NCBI GenBank assembly: GCA_963737265.1
Contig: CAVTRY010000011.1
Location: forward strand, 416,001 to 480,000
Origin: an uncultured delta proteobacterium
GTDB lineage: Bacteria > Myxococcota_A > Polyangia > Fen-1088
Reading direction: 5' to 3'
DNA: 64,000 nt
Below, one piece after another: positions 39,983 through 50,891 of this stretch; within the stretch, counting starts at the first letter, position 1; every line of letters starts with the position of its first letter. The notes beneath the pieces were generated by a model that saw nothing but the letters and a program-made list of their open reading frames with translations, was not told where the DNA came from and did not search any database. Made by a program: the position numbers and the translations under genes.

Positions 39983-40011
39983 AGTCTACGTGGTCGCCCG
40001 CAGGTTGTCAA
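39983..40011 (-). promoter_or_regulatory. sigma70 promoter of the hypothetical + DEAD helicase unit
   Basis: TTGACA-17 bp-TAGACT. Confidence 0.7.
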
Positions 40012-40056
40012 ACCTTCCCCTGGGTCCCGCTGGGTCTTTCGCCGTGTGGCCCGGAG

Positions 40057-40566
40057 CTACGGGCAAGCGAGATTGAACTGCCAAGCACCTTCGACCAGGA
40101 AGCCCGAGCCGACGGCATCCAGATTGCCCTGGCTGGGATCTTCGCTGAGAAAGGGCCCGTCCGTGGCCGCCAACAATAGACGGTGGTCGGAAAAGCCGTG
40201 CGCGATGTCGTTGCAGTTGGGAGCGAAATAGATCGCGTCTCGGCCCAGCTTATTACCTCCCGGCTGGACGCCCTCCAGGGTCAACCGTGAAATTCCCGCT
40301 GAGTAGGGTGGGTAGTCGACAATCCAGCGATAGTAGAGGTTATCTTGCGTGTTGGGATCCAGCAGCTCGACTTCGACCGTGAGCGGCGCGCCCCCGTCGG
40401 CGTCCAGTCCCAAGATCGACCCCACCGGCGGATTGGCGTAGGCAATGGCGGGCGGGTAGTTGTTCTGTGGCGTCGACCATTCTGGACCAATCGGAACGAC
40501 GCAGCTCGTGGCCGAGAACAGCACGGCGAGCCCTGGCAGCAGGCGGCGTGGCTGATGTGAGCTCAC
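40057..40566 (-). CDS. Hypothetical lipoprotein
   Basis: ATSC lipobox-like site; Ig-like NYPPAI...YRWIVD; 4-nt overlap with the upstream gene. Confidence 0.75.
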   Translation of the reverse strand: MSSHQPRRLLPGLAVLFSATSCVVPIGPEWSTPQNNYPPAIAYANPPVGSILGLDADGGAPLTVEVELLDPNTQDNLYYRWIVDYPPYSAGISRLTLEGVQPGGNKLGRDAIYFAPNCNDIAHGFSDHRLLLAATDGPFLSEDPSQGNLDAVGSGFLVEGAWQFNLACP

Positions 40567-42383
40567 GGCTCGTCCAACGACGGTAGGCCGCCGGTCGCGT
40601 CGCCGGCTTCTTCTTTTTCGAGATGGCGAAAAATCGTGCGCGGGTCGACGCCGAGATCGCGGGCCGTCTTGGTGCGGTTGCCGCCGTTGAGGCCCAAAAC
40701 CTCGTTGATGTACGTCCGCTGCCAGCGCTCGCGGGCCTCGGCCAAGGGAAGAATGGCTGGGATTTCGTCGGGGTTGATGCCGAGGTCGTCCGGCCCGAGC
40801 ATCGCCTTGTCCGCAAGCACCACGGCCTTCTTGATTCGGTTTTCGAGCTCTCGAATGTTGCCCGGCCAGCGATAGCGCTTGATAGCGACGATTGCGCCCG
40901 GCGTGAACCCGCGCACCTTGCTGCCGTACTCGGGGGCGTAGCGCGACAGCATGTAGCGCGCGAGCACGACGATATCGTCACCCCGTTCGCGCAGTGGCGG
41001 CAGATGAAGCTGGACGACGTTGAGTCGGTAGTAAAGGTCTTCGCGGAAACGTCCGTTGCGGGTTTCGGCTTCGAGATCGCGATTGGTGGCGGCGACGATT
41101 CGAATGTCCACGTTTTCCGACGCCGTGTCGCCCACCCTGGTTACGTTGTGTTCCTGCAGGGCGCGCAATATCTTGACCTGCAAGGCGAGCGGCATATCGC
41201 CAATCTCGTCGAGGAACAGCGTTCCCTTGTCCGCGGTTTGAAAGCGCCCAGCCTTGTTGACGACCGCGCCGGTGAAGGCTCCGCGCACGTGGCCGAAGAG
41301 CTCCGACTCGAGCAGGTTTTCAGGAATGGCGCCGCAGTTTACACTGACGAACGGTCCTTTGGCGCGTGGCGAGCGGTTGTGGACTTCGCGCGCGATGAGC
41401 TCCTTGCCGGTGCCGGTTTCGCCGGTTACGAGAACCGTAATGTCGGTTCCGGCGACCCGCTGGACCTTGCGAAAAACCTCCTGCATCGCGGGTGAGGAGC
41501 CCAGAATTTCACCAAAACGAATGCGCTCGATGCGATCCTGCAGCGATTGGTTGTCGAGCTGGAGCTCGTTGACGAGCAGGGCGTTGCGAATGACCAGCGA
41601 GGCTTGGGCCGCAAAGATGGTGAGGATTTCGAGGGCGGCCTGGTCAAAGAGCTGGGCCACGTTGTCGTTGCCCACGTAGATGAGACCGATGAGATTGCCA
41701 CGCTCGAGCATGGGCACGCACATCACGGACGTCAGACGAAGATTCATCACCGACAAGGAATTCTTGAAACTGGCGTCGTTGAGCGCGTCCGAGATGATGA
41801 GCGGTTCGCGGCTTTCGACCACGCGCTTGACGATGGAATCGGACAGGTGGCGAACCGCATCGGAAATCGTTTCGTGGCGCAAGTTGCGCGCCACCTTGAC
41901 CACGGGTTCGCCCGATTCGATGAGAACGATGAAGCCCTTGTCGGCATTGGTAACCTGAATCACCACGTCCAGCAGGGCATCGAGCAGGTTGGGAATCTCG
42001 TAGTTGTTCATCAGTCGCCGGGCGAAATCGAACAGCCGCTTGTACGAGGTGAGCTCGGCCATGGTCTTGGCCGCCACCTCGTCAGTCACCGGTTCGTCGT
42101 AAAGCGAGAACTCAAGCTCGACGCTGCCCATGCGGACGCGGTCGTCTTGCGACAGCCGGTGCTTGGTCCGACGGCGCCCGTTGACGTTCAGATCGGCATC
42201 GCGATCGGTGACCGAAATGTTGAAGTCGCGCCCGTCGAAATGGATGTGCGCGTGGGTATCGGCGAGCAACGGGTCGAGAAGAAGGACATCTACCCCTTCG
42301 CCTTTTCCAAGCGACGTGAGCTTCTTGTAGATGTGGTACACCTTCACGCTAGTTCCTGGGCTGTGGATTCGAAGGGTAGCCAT
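40563..42383 (-). CDS. sigma54-dependent activator (FHA-GAF-AAA+-Fis HTH)
   Basis: [37 protein letters not shown]-terminal HTH. Confidence 0.95.
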   Translation of the reverse strand: MATLRIHSPGTSVKVYHIYKKLTSLGKGEGVDVLLLDPLLADTHAHIHFDGRDFNISVTDRDADLNVNGRRRTKHRLSQDDRVRMGSVELEFSLYDEPVTDEVAAKTMAELTSYKRLFDFARRLMNNYEIPNLLDALLDVVIQVTNADKGFIVLIESGEPVVKVARNLRHETISDAVRHLSDSIVKRVVESREPLIISDALNDASFKNSLSVMNLRLTSVMCVPMLERGNLIGLIYVGNDNVAQLFDQAALEILTIFAAQASLVIRNALLVNELQLDNQSLQDRIERIRFGEILGSSPAMQEVFRKVQRVAGTDITVLVTGETGTGKELIAREVHNRSPRAKGPFVSVNCGAIPENLLESELFGHVRGAFTGAVVNKAGRFQTADKGTLFLDEIGDMPLALQVKILRALQEHNVTRVGDTASENVDIRIVAATNRDLEAETRNGRFREDLYYRLNVVQLHLPPLRERGDDIVVLARYMLSRYAPEYGSKVRGFTPGAIVAIKRYRWPGNIRELENRIKKAVVLADKAMLGPDDLGINPDEIPAILPLAEARERWQRTYINEVLGLNGGNRTKTARDLGVDPRTIFRHLEKEEAGDATGGLPSLDEP

Positions 42384-42406
42384 GGCGCCAGTTTGGCTTC
42401 TTCCGC

Positions 42407-43315
42407 TTAGAAACGGAAGTAAAGACCGGGCCCGATTGCACGATCCATCACGGCCGGCGAAAGGCGCAGGCTTGCCAGACCGCTGGCTTGCTTGGGCGCG
42501 TCTGAAAATGTGAGCTGCGTCTCAGGCTGGTAGTAGTAGATGGCGTCGATAAGGCCCCAGACAACCGCGCCGAAAAACATCGCGCCGCTGGCGACCTGGA
42601 CGCGCGTAAGCAAGCGCGATCGATCCTCGCCGGTGTGGTCGACATATTGGGTCGGGCAGCCGCTATCGCCCACGTCGACGAGACAGCCGCGCTGCGGACG
42701 AAAACCGTAGGCCGCCAGATTGGTCGCAAACGCTCCGACGGAAACCGCCGCCAACAGCGATTCCGCCGAGAGGAACGCCCACGCCTTCTTGCGATGGCCA
42801 TTTTGAAACTGACCGGCGCCAAAAGGGAAGAAGTTGACCACGAACGAATTGCGGCCCACGCGTTTCTCGACGACCCTGGGACCAGCCCGCACCTTTTCGC
42901 ATTGCTCTTGGTCGCGCTGGCGCGCGCGTTCGGCTTCCTTGCGCTTGGCTTCGAGCTGGCCAAGCTCGGTTTCGTATGCCTGGAGAACCTTGTTGAAGAA
43001 GTCGACGACCTCCGGTGGATCGAGCAAGGGGTCGAAGCGGTAGTCCGGCGCTATCTGCAACAGCCTGCGGAATTCTTCGGCCGCTTCGTCTTGATGTTTT
43101 TCGAACAAGCAGGCGACGCCGAGAATGCGGTGCGCCTGCACCATCTGATTATCGGATTGCAGGCGTATTTCAGGGTAGAGCAGGGGGCGGATGATTTCCA
43201 CCGCGCGCGCGAATTCGCCCCGGTCGTACGCATTCTTTCCGCGCTGAAGCTCGTCGGTGGGCGCGGGCGTCGCTGCTTGGAAAAGAATTGCGACGAAAAG
43301 AAGTCCAGCGCCCAA
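42407..43315 (-). CDS. TPR-containing membrane protein
   Basis: Signal peptide, TPR-like helices, [10 protein letters not shown] followed by TM segments. Confidence 0.75.
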   Translation of the reverse strand: MGAGLLFVAILFQAATPAPTDELQRGKNAYDRGEFARAVEIIRPLLYPEIRLQSDNQMVQAHRILGVACLFEKHQDEAAEEFRRLLQIAPDYRFDPLLDPPEVVDFFNKVLQAYETELGQLEAKRKEAERARQRDQEQCEKVRAGPRVVEKRVGRNSFVVNFFPFGAGQFQNGHRKKAWAFLSAESLLAAVSVGAFATNLAAYGFRPQRGCLVDVGDSGCPTQYVDHTGEDRSRLLTRVQVASGAMFFGAVVWGLIDAIYYYQPETQLTFSDAPKQASGLASLRLSPAVMDRAIGPGLYFRF

Positions 43316-43316
43316 G

Positions 43317-45227
43317 CTACTTGTCCAGGTGGATCGTGATAGGGCGAGTCTCTCCTGCCGCGATGGTGACCTGGTTGGTTATGGTTTTATCGCCCTTGAA
43401 AATCACCACTTCCAGACTCTTGCGCATCTCATCGCCCGCGTCAAAGGGAACTGGAATTTTTTCGCCCGGCTGGGCCGGGGCACGCCACAGTTTCGTCTTG
43501 GCATCGTTGATTTCGCGAATCAGCAGCGTCGCGCCCGGGATGGGCGGATCGAGCGTCACCACCAGGCGGGCCGGTTTCGGGTCGAGATTGACGAACAGGT
43601 GATCACCCGGGGGACGATAGACTTGCGGCCCGACCGTGACTTCCTTGCGATTGCAGCAGCTGTCGTTGCGGAATTCGAGCCGATGCGCCTTGTTCCACGG
43701 GATCTCGATGCGATTCTGCTGTGGACCGAAGTCGAAAGCCTTCGTCCCGTCCATCCACACTTCGACCCGCGCGGGAGAAAAACCCAGCGAAAGGGTTATG
43801 GTCGGGATGGCGTCCGAATCGCCGACGCGGGCGGCGCCGTTATTCTTCGTACTTTCTTCCTTCGCACTCTCTTCCGTGTCTTCCACCCGATCCCCAGCGC
43901 GGCCGGCCGCCCTTTCAGCGGCGGCGGTTTCGCGGCGGTGCGACGGACGCCCCCCTTGGCCGTGCGGCGGGGCATTGGCAGCGTGCCCCGCCTGGTGGGT
44001 AGATTCGGGCGAACGCACCTTGGCGGAAGGCGCGGCTTTCGCGACGGCACCTCTGGCCGTCGCGGCGGCAAGGATGGCCTTCTTTTCGCTGACCGCCTTG
44101 CGCGCGATAAGCAGCGCTCCCATCGCCATACCAAGCAGCAGGACGAGGGCCGCGCCGCCGATGCCCCAGCGGCGCAGGTGTTCGCCACGTTCGAGACGTC
44201 GCAGCTCGGCGAGCACCGCCACGTTGTGGGGATCGAAAGCGAGCGCACGGTTCCACAGCTCGAGCGCCCGTGCCCGATGTTTGCTCTCTTGCTCGCGCAC
44301 ACCGGAAGCGACCAGCGCCAAAACCATGCGCGGGACGAGTGCCTTCTCGTACCCTTCGGCGTCCGTGAGGTATTGCCCAAGCTCGTCTCTAGGCCCTCCC
44401 AGGCCGGCGTCGGCGACGTAGCTCCGCAATTCCTCCACCATGGCGGCCACGGTGGGAATGCGATCCTCGGGTTTGCGGGCGAGCGCTCGCGCGATCACAC
44501 GGGCGAGTTGATCGGATACAAGACGATTCACGGTGCGCGGGTCGGCGAACTTTCCCTCCGATACGCGCCGCAGGACCTCGTGCGGGTTTTTTCCCGTAAA
44601 GGGTAGCACGCCCGTGGCCATCTGGTAGAGCATCACGCCCACGGAGAAGACGTCGCTGCGAAAGTCGAGCGTGCGACCATCGAGGACTTCCGGCGCCATG
44701 TAGGCCGGCGAGCCGAGGATCTGTCCGGTCACCGTCATGCGTTCGAGATCGACGACCTGGGCGACGCCGAAGTCCATCAACTTGAGAACGCCATCCTTGC
44801 GGACCATGACGTTTTCGGGTTTGACGTCGCGATGAAGGATGCCGAGCGAATGGGCGTGGCTCAGCGCCTCGCCCAATTCGATGACGATGAGAGCCGCCAG
44901 CTCGGGTACGGGAAGCTTGCGGTTGGCCAGAAATTGCTTGAGCGTCTGGCCATCGATGAACTCGGTGACGATGTACGAAGAAGCCGCTTCTTCGCTCGAA
45001 TAGTCGAAGATCTGCAGAATGCCGTCGTGGTTCAGCTTGGCGACGGCGCGCGCTTCTCGCTCCAACCGGGCTTTCGATTCGGGCTCGGCGAGCAGGTGGG
45101 CGTGGAGAACCTTGACCGCGACCTCGCGGCGCAACTTCTCGTCGCGGGCACGGTAAACCACGGCCATGCCGCCCTGGCCGACTTCTTCGATGATTCGATA
45201 GCGCGATGGCAGGGGTGTGGAAAGCAT
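43317..45227 (-). CDS. Hanks-type Ser/Thr protein kinase with TM segment and extracytoplasmic domain
   Basis: GQGGMAVV, VAVK, HRDVKPEN, DFG, GSPAYMAPE. Confidence 0.95.
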   Translation of the reverse strand: MLSTPLPSRYRIIEEVGQGGMAVVYRARDEKLRREVAVKVLHAHLLAEPESKARLEREARAVAKLNHDGILQIFDYSSEEAASSYIVTEFIDGQTLKQFLANRKLPVPELAALIVIELGEALSHAHSLGILHRDVKPENVMVRKDGVLKLMDFGVAQVVDLERMTVTGQILGSPAYMAPEVLDGRTLDFRSDVFSVGVMLYQMATGVLPFTGKNPHEVLRRVSEGKFADPRTVNRLVSDQLARVIARALARKPEDRIPTVAAMVEELRSYVADAGLGGPRDELGQYLTDAEGYEKALVPRMVLALVASGVREQESKHRARALELWNRALAFDPHNVAVLAELRRLERGEHLRRWGIGGAALVLLLGMAMGALLIARKAVSEKKAILAAATARGAVAKAAPSAKVRSPESTHQAGHAANAPPHGQGGRPSHRRETAAAERAAGRAGDRVEDTEESAKEESTKNNGAARVGDSDAIPTITLSLGFSPARVEVWMDGTKAFDFGPQQNRIEIPWNKAHRLEFRNDSCCNRKEVTVGPQVYRPPGDHLFVNLDPKPARLVVTLDPPIPGATLLIREINDAKTKLWRAPAQPGEKIPVPFDAGDEMRKSLEVVIFKGDKTITNQVTIAAGETRPITIHLDK

Positions 45228-45470
45228 AGTCCCTGGAACGAAGAACCCGGAAGACCAAGCTAGGGTCCCGGATACTACGAGAGTAATGTCCCAGACACAA
45301 CTGGAGACGCATCGCGCGCAAAAAAGTTCGCGTCACGCCCAATGGGCGCGTGGAATGGCGATGGGTGACTTGGCTGGTCCTTTCTTTGTCGCCTAATCAG
45401 CGTAATCACCGTGTAAATCACCGGGTCGGACTTGATCGGGAACGCGGCGGAGATCACTATAGGCCTCCCC

Positions 45471-47294
45471 ATGCCGGCGCGCGAAAGCGGTATTTTCCTA
45501 CCGCCAGCACGAAGTGCGAACGTGATTTGGCGCACGCGCGCGCAGAAGTTTGCCGAGCGATCCGCTTTTCGATTCCGGCGCGACGACGCGTGGAACAGCT
45601 TCACCTGGAGCCAGGCCGACCGCGCCGCGCGCGAGATCGCCGCGGGGCTCTGTGCGCTGGGGCTCCAGCGCGGGGATCGGGTGGCCCTTTTATGCCAGAC
45701 GCGACTCGAGTGGGTGCTGTGCGACGTCGCCATCGCCATGGCCGGCCTGGTTTCGGTCCCCGTCTATCCGTCGAGCACGTCCGAGCAGTGCGCTTTCGTC
45801 ATCACCGACAGTGGCGCCAGCGCGGTCATCGCCGAGAACGCCGTGCAAGTCGCCAAACTGGCGCCGCTCGTGGCCAAGAATCCCGAGCTGTGGGTTGTTC
45901 GCGTCGACGACGACCTGCAAGCCGGGGATCCGAAATCGGCGGGCGCGAGCGCCACGCTGACCCTCGCAACTTTGCGCGCGGCGGGCGTGACCTGGCTTGA
46001 AACGAATCCCGGCGAAATCGATCGGCGCGCGGGCAGCGTTCATCCGGAAGACGTCTTCACCATCATCTACACCTCGGGCACGACCGGCCAGCCCAAGGGC
46101 GTCGTGCTCACGCATGCCAACCTGGTGGCTTCCTGCGAGAGTGCGGTGCGTGCCTTCAACCTAAGGCCAGACGACGTCCAGTACATGTTCCTGCCTCTGG
46201 CCCACGTGCTCGGTCGCGAGATCGAGTGGGCGCCCATCATCATCGGTTCCGAGGTTGCGTTCGCGGAGAACCTCGGGCGCATCAAATACGATCTGGTCGA
46301 AGTACGGCCGACCTTTATGGCGGGAGTACCACGCATCTTCGAAAAGCTCTATTCCGCGGTGCTGGCCGGCGCGCAGCAGGGCAGCCTCGCCATGCGGCGG
46401 CTGGTGGGCTGGGCGTTCGGCGTCGCAGCCCGCTATTCCACCGCGGTTTGCGCCGGAACCTCGCCTCCGGTCGGCCTGCGGCTGGCGCACGCGCTGGCCG
46501 ACAAGCTCGTGCTGGCGAAACTGCGCAAGCGTCTCGGGCTGGACCGCTGTCGCTTCTTGATTTCAGGTGGCGCGCCCCTGGCGGCGGAAATCGCACAATT
46601 TTTCCACGGCGCCGGCCTGCTCATTCTCGAAGGCTACGGCCTCACCGAAACCACGGCCGCGGCTTTTGTCAACCGCTGGAACCGCTATCGCTTCGGCACC
46701 GTCGGCACGGCCATCGACATCATGGAGTACAAATTTGCCCGCGACGGTGAAATCCTTCTCCGTGGACCATCGGTGTTCGCGTCGTACCACGGAAATCCGG
46801 AAGCCACGGCGGAGGCCATCGACGGCGAGGGCTGGTTTCACACCGGCGACATCGGCGTGGTCGAGGACGATTTTCTGCGCATCGTCGACCGCAAGAAGGA
46901 TTTGATCATTACGGCGGGCGGCAAGAACGTTGCCCCGCAGAAGCTGGAGAATGCCCTCAAGGCCCATTCCCCTCTCGTCAGCCAGGCGGTGGTATTCGGA
47001 GATAGGCGCTCGCATTGCGTCGCCCTCATCACGCCTTCGGAACCGGCGACGCGACAATTCGGAGCAGGCGAGGTTGCCCAGGCGGCGGCATCGGCCGAGC
47101 TGCACAGGGCCGTCGAGAAAGCCGTGGCGGAGGTGAATGCCACGTTGGCCAGCTACGAAACGATCAAGGCGTTTGCCATCCTGCCTTGCAACTTCAGCGA
47201 AGAGAGCGGCGAGCTGACGCCGAGCCTCAAGGTCAAACGCGACGTGGTCGCGGCAAAATTCGCCCGCGTGATTTCCGGACTCTACGGCAAGTAG
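45471..47294 (+). CDS. Long-chain fatty acid-CoA ligase (AMP-binding)
   Basis: YTSGTTGQPKG, EGYGLTET, FHTGDIG, DRKKD, LTPSLKVKR; start uncertain. Confidence 0.93.
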   Translation: MPARESGIFLPPARSANVIWRTRAQKFAERSAFRFRRDDAWNSFTWSQADRAAREIAAGLCALGLQRGDRVALLCQTRLEWVLCDVAIAMAGLVSVPVYPSSTSEQCAFVITDSGASAVIAENAVQVAKLAPLVAKNPELWVVRVDDDLQAGDPKSAGASATLTLATLRAAGVTWLETNPGEIDRRAGSVHPEDVFTIIYTSGTTGQPKGVVLTHANLVASCESAVRAFNLRPDDVQYMFLPLAHVLGREIEWAPIIIGSEVAFAENLGRIKYDLVEVRPTFMAGVPRIFEKLYSAVLAGAQQGSLAMRRLVGWAFGVAARYSTAVCAGTSPPVGLRLAHALADKLVLAKLRKRLGLDRCRFLISGGAPLAAEIAQFFHGAGLLILEGYGLTETTAAAFVNRWNRYRFGTVGTAIDIMEYKFARDGEILLRGPSVFASYHGNPEATAEAIDGEGWFHTGDIGVVEDDFLRIVDRKKDLIITAGGKNVAPQKLENALKAHSPLVSQAVVFGDRRSHCVALITPSEPATRQFGAGEVAQAAASAELHRAVEKAVAEVNATLASYETIKAFAILPCNFSEESGELTPSLKVKRDVVAAKFARVISGLYGK

Positions 47295-47330
47295 GCGGAT
47301 GAACGACGGCGGAGTAGGGTAGGGCTCGCC

Positions 47331-50060
47331 ATGCAAGGAACACTCTTTCTCATCGACGCGCTGAACTACTTGTTTCGGGCCTTCCACGCGCTGCCGAGCC
47401 TGACCACCAAGTCGGGCCTGCCGACCGGCGCGGTCTATGGTTTTTGTCAGATGCTGCTGCGAATCGATCGGGAACATCAGCCGACCCATTTGGCCGTGGT
47501 ATTCGATGCGCCCGGCCCGACCTTTCGCGATGGTCTATTCAAGGACTACAAGGCCAACCGTCCCGCCACGCCACCCGAGCTGATAGAGCAGATCGATCTC
47601 GCCCACCAGGTCGCGGCCGCGTTTGGCTACACCGTGTTTTCAGTCCCAGGGGTCGAGGCCGACGACGTGATTGCCACCCTCGTTCGCAACGCGAGCGCCG
47701 AAGGTTTGGCGGTCGTGATCGGCTCGTCGGACAAGGATCTGATGCAGCTGTGCGGGCCGGGCGTTCAACTCCTCGATGCCATGAAGAATCGGCTGATGGG
47801 AGCGGCGGACGTACACGAAAAATGGGGCGTGCTGCCCGACAAGCTCGGCGATGTTCTGGCGCTGATGGGCGACACCGTCGACAACGTACCCGGCGTTCCC
47901 GGCATCGGACCCAAAACCGCCGCCGAGCTCGTCAACGCCTGGGGTTCGCTCGACGGGGTTTTGGCGAATGCGGACAAGATCAAGGGCAAGAAGGGGCAAG
48001 CCATCGCCGAAGCCAGGGCGACGCTGGCGCTGTCACGCGAGCTCGTCCGGCTGCGCGACGACGTGACACTTCCCGAGACCATCGCAAAACTTCGCCGAGA
48101 ACCGGCATCGACAGAGAAACTACGTGGCCTGTTTCAACAACTGGAATTCGGCCGCCTTCTTGCCCAGTACTCGCCAGTGGTCGAGGCCGCTGCCGCCGAC
48201 GAAATTCAAACCAACGAATTGGCCTCCGCGGCCCCGACCCCGCCGGCCCCGCTGCCCGCGAGCCCCGCCGTTCAAATCGTGACGGATCCATCGGGCCTAG
48301 CGGATCTGGTCAGCGCCATGCGCACGTCTGGGGAATGCTCGGTATCGTTTTTGTGCGACAGCGACGTGGTCGTGCGATCCGATTTGGTGGGGCTGGCCGT
48401 TGCCCTGCCCGACGGTCGGTCATTTTACGTCCCCATCGGGCAGCGATCGCTCGGCAGCGCGGCCACACTGCGCGAGAAGGATGTCCTCGTCGCGCTGACG
48501 GAGGTCTTGGCGACACGAGACGTGCGCAAGCAGCTCTACAATGCCAAGTCCCTCGACGTGCTTTTGCGAGTCCGTGGCCAGACGCTTGGCGGAGTGGCGA
48601 ACGACGTGATGTTGGCGGCGTATGTCCTCGATTCCGCGAGCGCGGACTATGAGCTGCCGGTATTGGCCGATGCGGAGCAGCTTCCGGACGTGTCGCCGCG
48701 CACGGCGTGGCTTGGGAGCGGGCGCAACACGCACATTGCCGCCGACATTCCGACCGAGGATGCGGCCATGCACCTCGGCGCGGAAGCAAGAGCCATTCTG
48801 CACTTGTCCCATCGGCAGAGCGACCGCTTGGCGGCCTCGGGTCAGGAACATCTGTATCGCGATGTCGAGCTGGCGCTATCGCCCGTGCTAGCGGCGATGG
48901 AGTGGCGGGGCATCCGCCTCGACTGCGACTACCTGCGCAGTCTAGGAAACGACGTTGCCCGCGGTGCGCAGGCTCTGCAAGCCGAGATCCACGCGATGGC
49001 TGGGACGGAATTCAACATCGCATCGCCCAAGCAGCTTGCCGAGGTGCTCTTCGGCAAACTGGCCCTGCCCGTGCTCCGCAAGACCAAGACCGGGGCGTCA
49101 ACCGACGCGGACGTGCTCGAAGAATTGGCGGCCATGCACCCCGTTCCGGCCAAGATCCTCGAGTACCGCACCCTCACCAAGCTGAAAGGGACGTACATCG
49201 ACGCGCTGCCGGCTCTGGTCAACCCACGCACCGGGCGCTTGCACACGACCTTCGGCCAGGCGGTTGCCGCCACCGGGCGCCTGTCCTCGAGCGATCCCAA
49301 CCTGCAGAACATCCCGATTCGATCGGAAGTCGGCAAAAAGATCCGCCATGCCTTCGTCACCGATCCGGGATTTTCCCTGGTTTCTGCCGACTACTCGCAA
49401 ATCGAGCTGCGGGTGCTGGCGCATTTCTCCGAGGATCCGGCTTTCCTGGAGGCGTTCCGCTCGGGCGCCGACATCCATCGCCGGACCGCTGCGGAGGTCT
49501 TCGGTGTCGGCGAAGGCGACGTCAGCGCCGAACAGCGGAGGGTCGCGAAGGCCATCAACTTCGGACTGGTATTCGGGCAGACGGATTTCGGTTTGGGTCA
49601 GGTCCTGCACATCCCGCGTGCCGAGGCGCACAAGTACATCGAAAGCTACTTCCAGCGCTACGCTCGCGTGCGCGGACATATGGACGAGATGATCGCGAAC
49701 GCCCGTCGTACCGGCTCCGTGTCGACCCTTCTCGGCCGGACGCGGGCGCTGCCCGAGATCAATTCCAAGCGACCGCAGGAGCGCAACTACGCCGAGCGAA
49801 TCGCGCGCAACACGCCCATTCAAGGTTCGGCAGCCGATATCCTGAAGCTGGCCATGTTGCGCGTCGCCGGTGGACTCGCGCGCTTTCCCGAGGTCCACCT
49901 CCTGCTCACGGTCCACGACGAATTGGTCTTCGAGGTGCCCCAGGCGGAAGTCGACGACTTCTCGCGCTGGGTGAAGGGCGAAATGCAATCGGCGTACGAG
50001 CTACGCGTGCCGCTGGTCGTGGACGTGCACGCCGGGCGTTCGTGGGGTGACGCCCACTGA
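47331..50060 (+). CDS. polA: DNA polymerase I
   Basis: 5'-3' exonuclease (EADD, GDTVDNVPGV); TGRLSSSDPNLQNIP, DYSQIELR, KAINFG, VHDEL. Confidence 0.97.
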   Translation: MQGTLFLIDALNYLFRAFHALPSLTTKSGLPTGAVYGFCQMLLRIDREHQPTHLAVVFDAPGPTFRDGLFKDYKANRPATPPELIEQIDLAHQVAAAFGYTVFSVPGVEADDVIATLVRNASAEGLAVVIGSSDKDLMQLCGPGVQLLDAMKNRLMGAADVHEKWGVLPDKLGDVLALMGDTVDNVPGVPGIGPKTAAELVNAWGSLDGVLANADKIKGKKGQAIAEARATLALSRELVRLRDDVTLPETIAKLRREPASTEKLRGLFQQLEFGRLLAQYSPVVEAAAADEIQTNELASAAPTPPAPLPASPAVQIVTDPSGLADLVSAMRTSGECSVSFLCDSDVVVRSDLVGLAVALPDGRSFYVPIGQRSLGSAATLREKDVLVALTEVLATRDVRKQLYNAKSLDVLLRVRGQTLGGVANDVMLAAYVLDSASADYELPVLADAEQLPDVSPRTAWLGSGRNTHIAADIPTEDAAMHLGAEARAILHLSHRQSDRLAASGQEHLYRDVELALSPVLAAMEWRGIRLDCDYLRSLGNDVARGAQALQAEIHAMAGTEFNIASPKQLAEVLFGKLALPVLRKTKTGASTDADVLEELAAMHPVPAKILEYRTLTKLKGTYIDALPALVNPRTGRLHTTFGQAVAATGRLSSSDPNLQNIPIRSEVGKKIRHAFVTDPGFSLVSADYSQIELRVLAHFSEDPAFLEAFRSGADIHRRTAAEVFGVGEGDVSAEQRRVAKAINFGLVFGQTDFGLGQVLHIPRAEAHKYIESYFQRYARVRGHMDEMIANARRTGSVSTLLGRTRALPEINSKRPQERNYAERIARNTPIQGSAADILKLAMLRVAGGLARFPEVHLLLTVHDELVFEVPQAEVDDFSRWVKGEMQSAYELRVPLVVDVHAGRSWGDAH

Positions 50061-50062
50061 AG

Positions 50063-50824
50063 CTACTTCTTCTTGCCGCCTGGGACGGACTTGTCGCCCT
50101 TGGGGCCGCCGCCCTTTTGGTGCGCGGCCCAGCCGACGGTCTCGGCGGACTTGCCTTCAAGCTGGATGGTCTGCGCCTCGGGCGGAAGAACGGCGTTGCC
50201 CTCGGCCAGCACCTTGCCCTGCAGATCCTCGAACTTCTTGTGGATGATAAGGCCGTTCGACGCCGCAAACCCCGTCATCGAGTTGATGGAGAAGGTTCCG
50301 GTGACGATGTACTGCTCGCCGGCCTTGGCTTCGAGGGGCTTGGGATCGCCGGTGTCCCAGTCTTTGATGGGGTAGTCCGCGATGAGCAGGGCGCGCTCTT
50401 TCTTGGTGGTCGGTGTGTCAGCCATGAAGAAGTGGGGCTGATCGCACGGACGGCAGCCGCCGCGGTCCACCTGGACGTTGCTGGTAAGGGCGTCGCCGCC
50501 CTTCTTCATCGCCTTCTTCTTTTCCTTCTTGGTCTTTTCCGACAATTCGTCGTTGCACTTGCGCAGCTCGGCGGGACATTCGTAGATCTCCACCAGATAG
50601 GCTTTGACCCGAACGTCCTTGTCCATGTACTTGTCTTTCATCTTGCGCAGCCCCATCACGGAAAATTCCCCGGTTGGGTACTGCGTGGGTACATTGGATG
50701 CGGCAAAGCTGGGCGAGGGCGGCAAGTTAACCTTGATTGGAGTCACCTCTTGACCCTGAGCCAAGGCCACGCCCGACATCAGGGAAGCCAACGCGAACAC
50801 CGAGAGCAGACAGATTCGGATCAT
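50063..50824 (-). CDS. Secreted hypothetical protein (Lys-rich, four Cys)
   Basis: Signal peptide ending ALA; GAGGGG SD; coding-like codon usage. Confidence 0.8.
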   Translation of the reverse strand: MIRICLLSVFALASLMSGVALAQGQEVTPIKVNLPPSPSFAASNVPTQYPTGEFSVMGLRKMKDKYMDKDVRVKAYLVEIYECPAELRKCNDELSEKTKKEKKKAMKKGGDALTSNVQVDRGGCRPCDQPHFFMADTPTTKKERALLIADYPIKDWDTGDPKPLEAKAGEQYIVTGTFSINSMTGFAASNGLIIHKKFEDLQGKVLAEGNAVLPPEAQTIQLEGKSAETVGWAAHQKGGGPKGDKSVPGGKKK

Positions 50825-50891
50825 GTGTTTCCCCTCTTCGAAAGATCGCGGCCGACAACCATGCGGCTCGCTCATTTCGTCCCTGAATAAC

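Noticed and set aside
45394-45423. TAATCA/AATCACCG short repeats between the kinase and the acyl-CoA ligase
   Set aside because: Too short and irregularly spaced to distinguish from chance without conservation data
48270-48800. PolA 3'-5' exonuclease domain lacking catalytic acidic residues
   Set aside because: Common in many bacterial PolA proteins; not unusual
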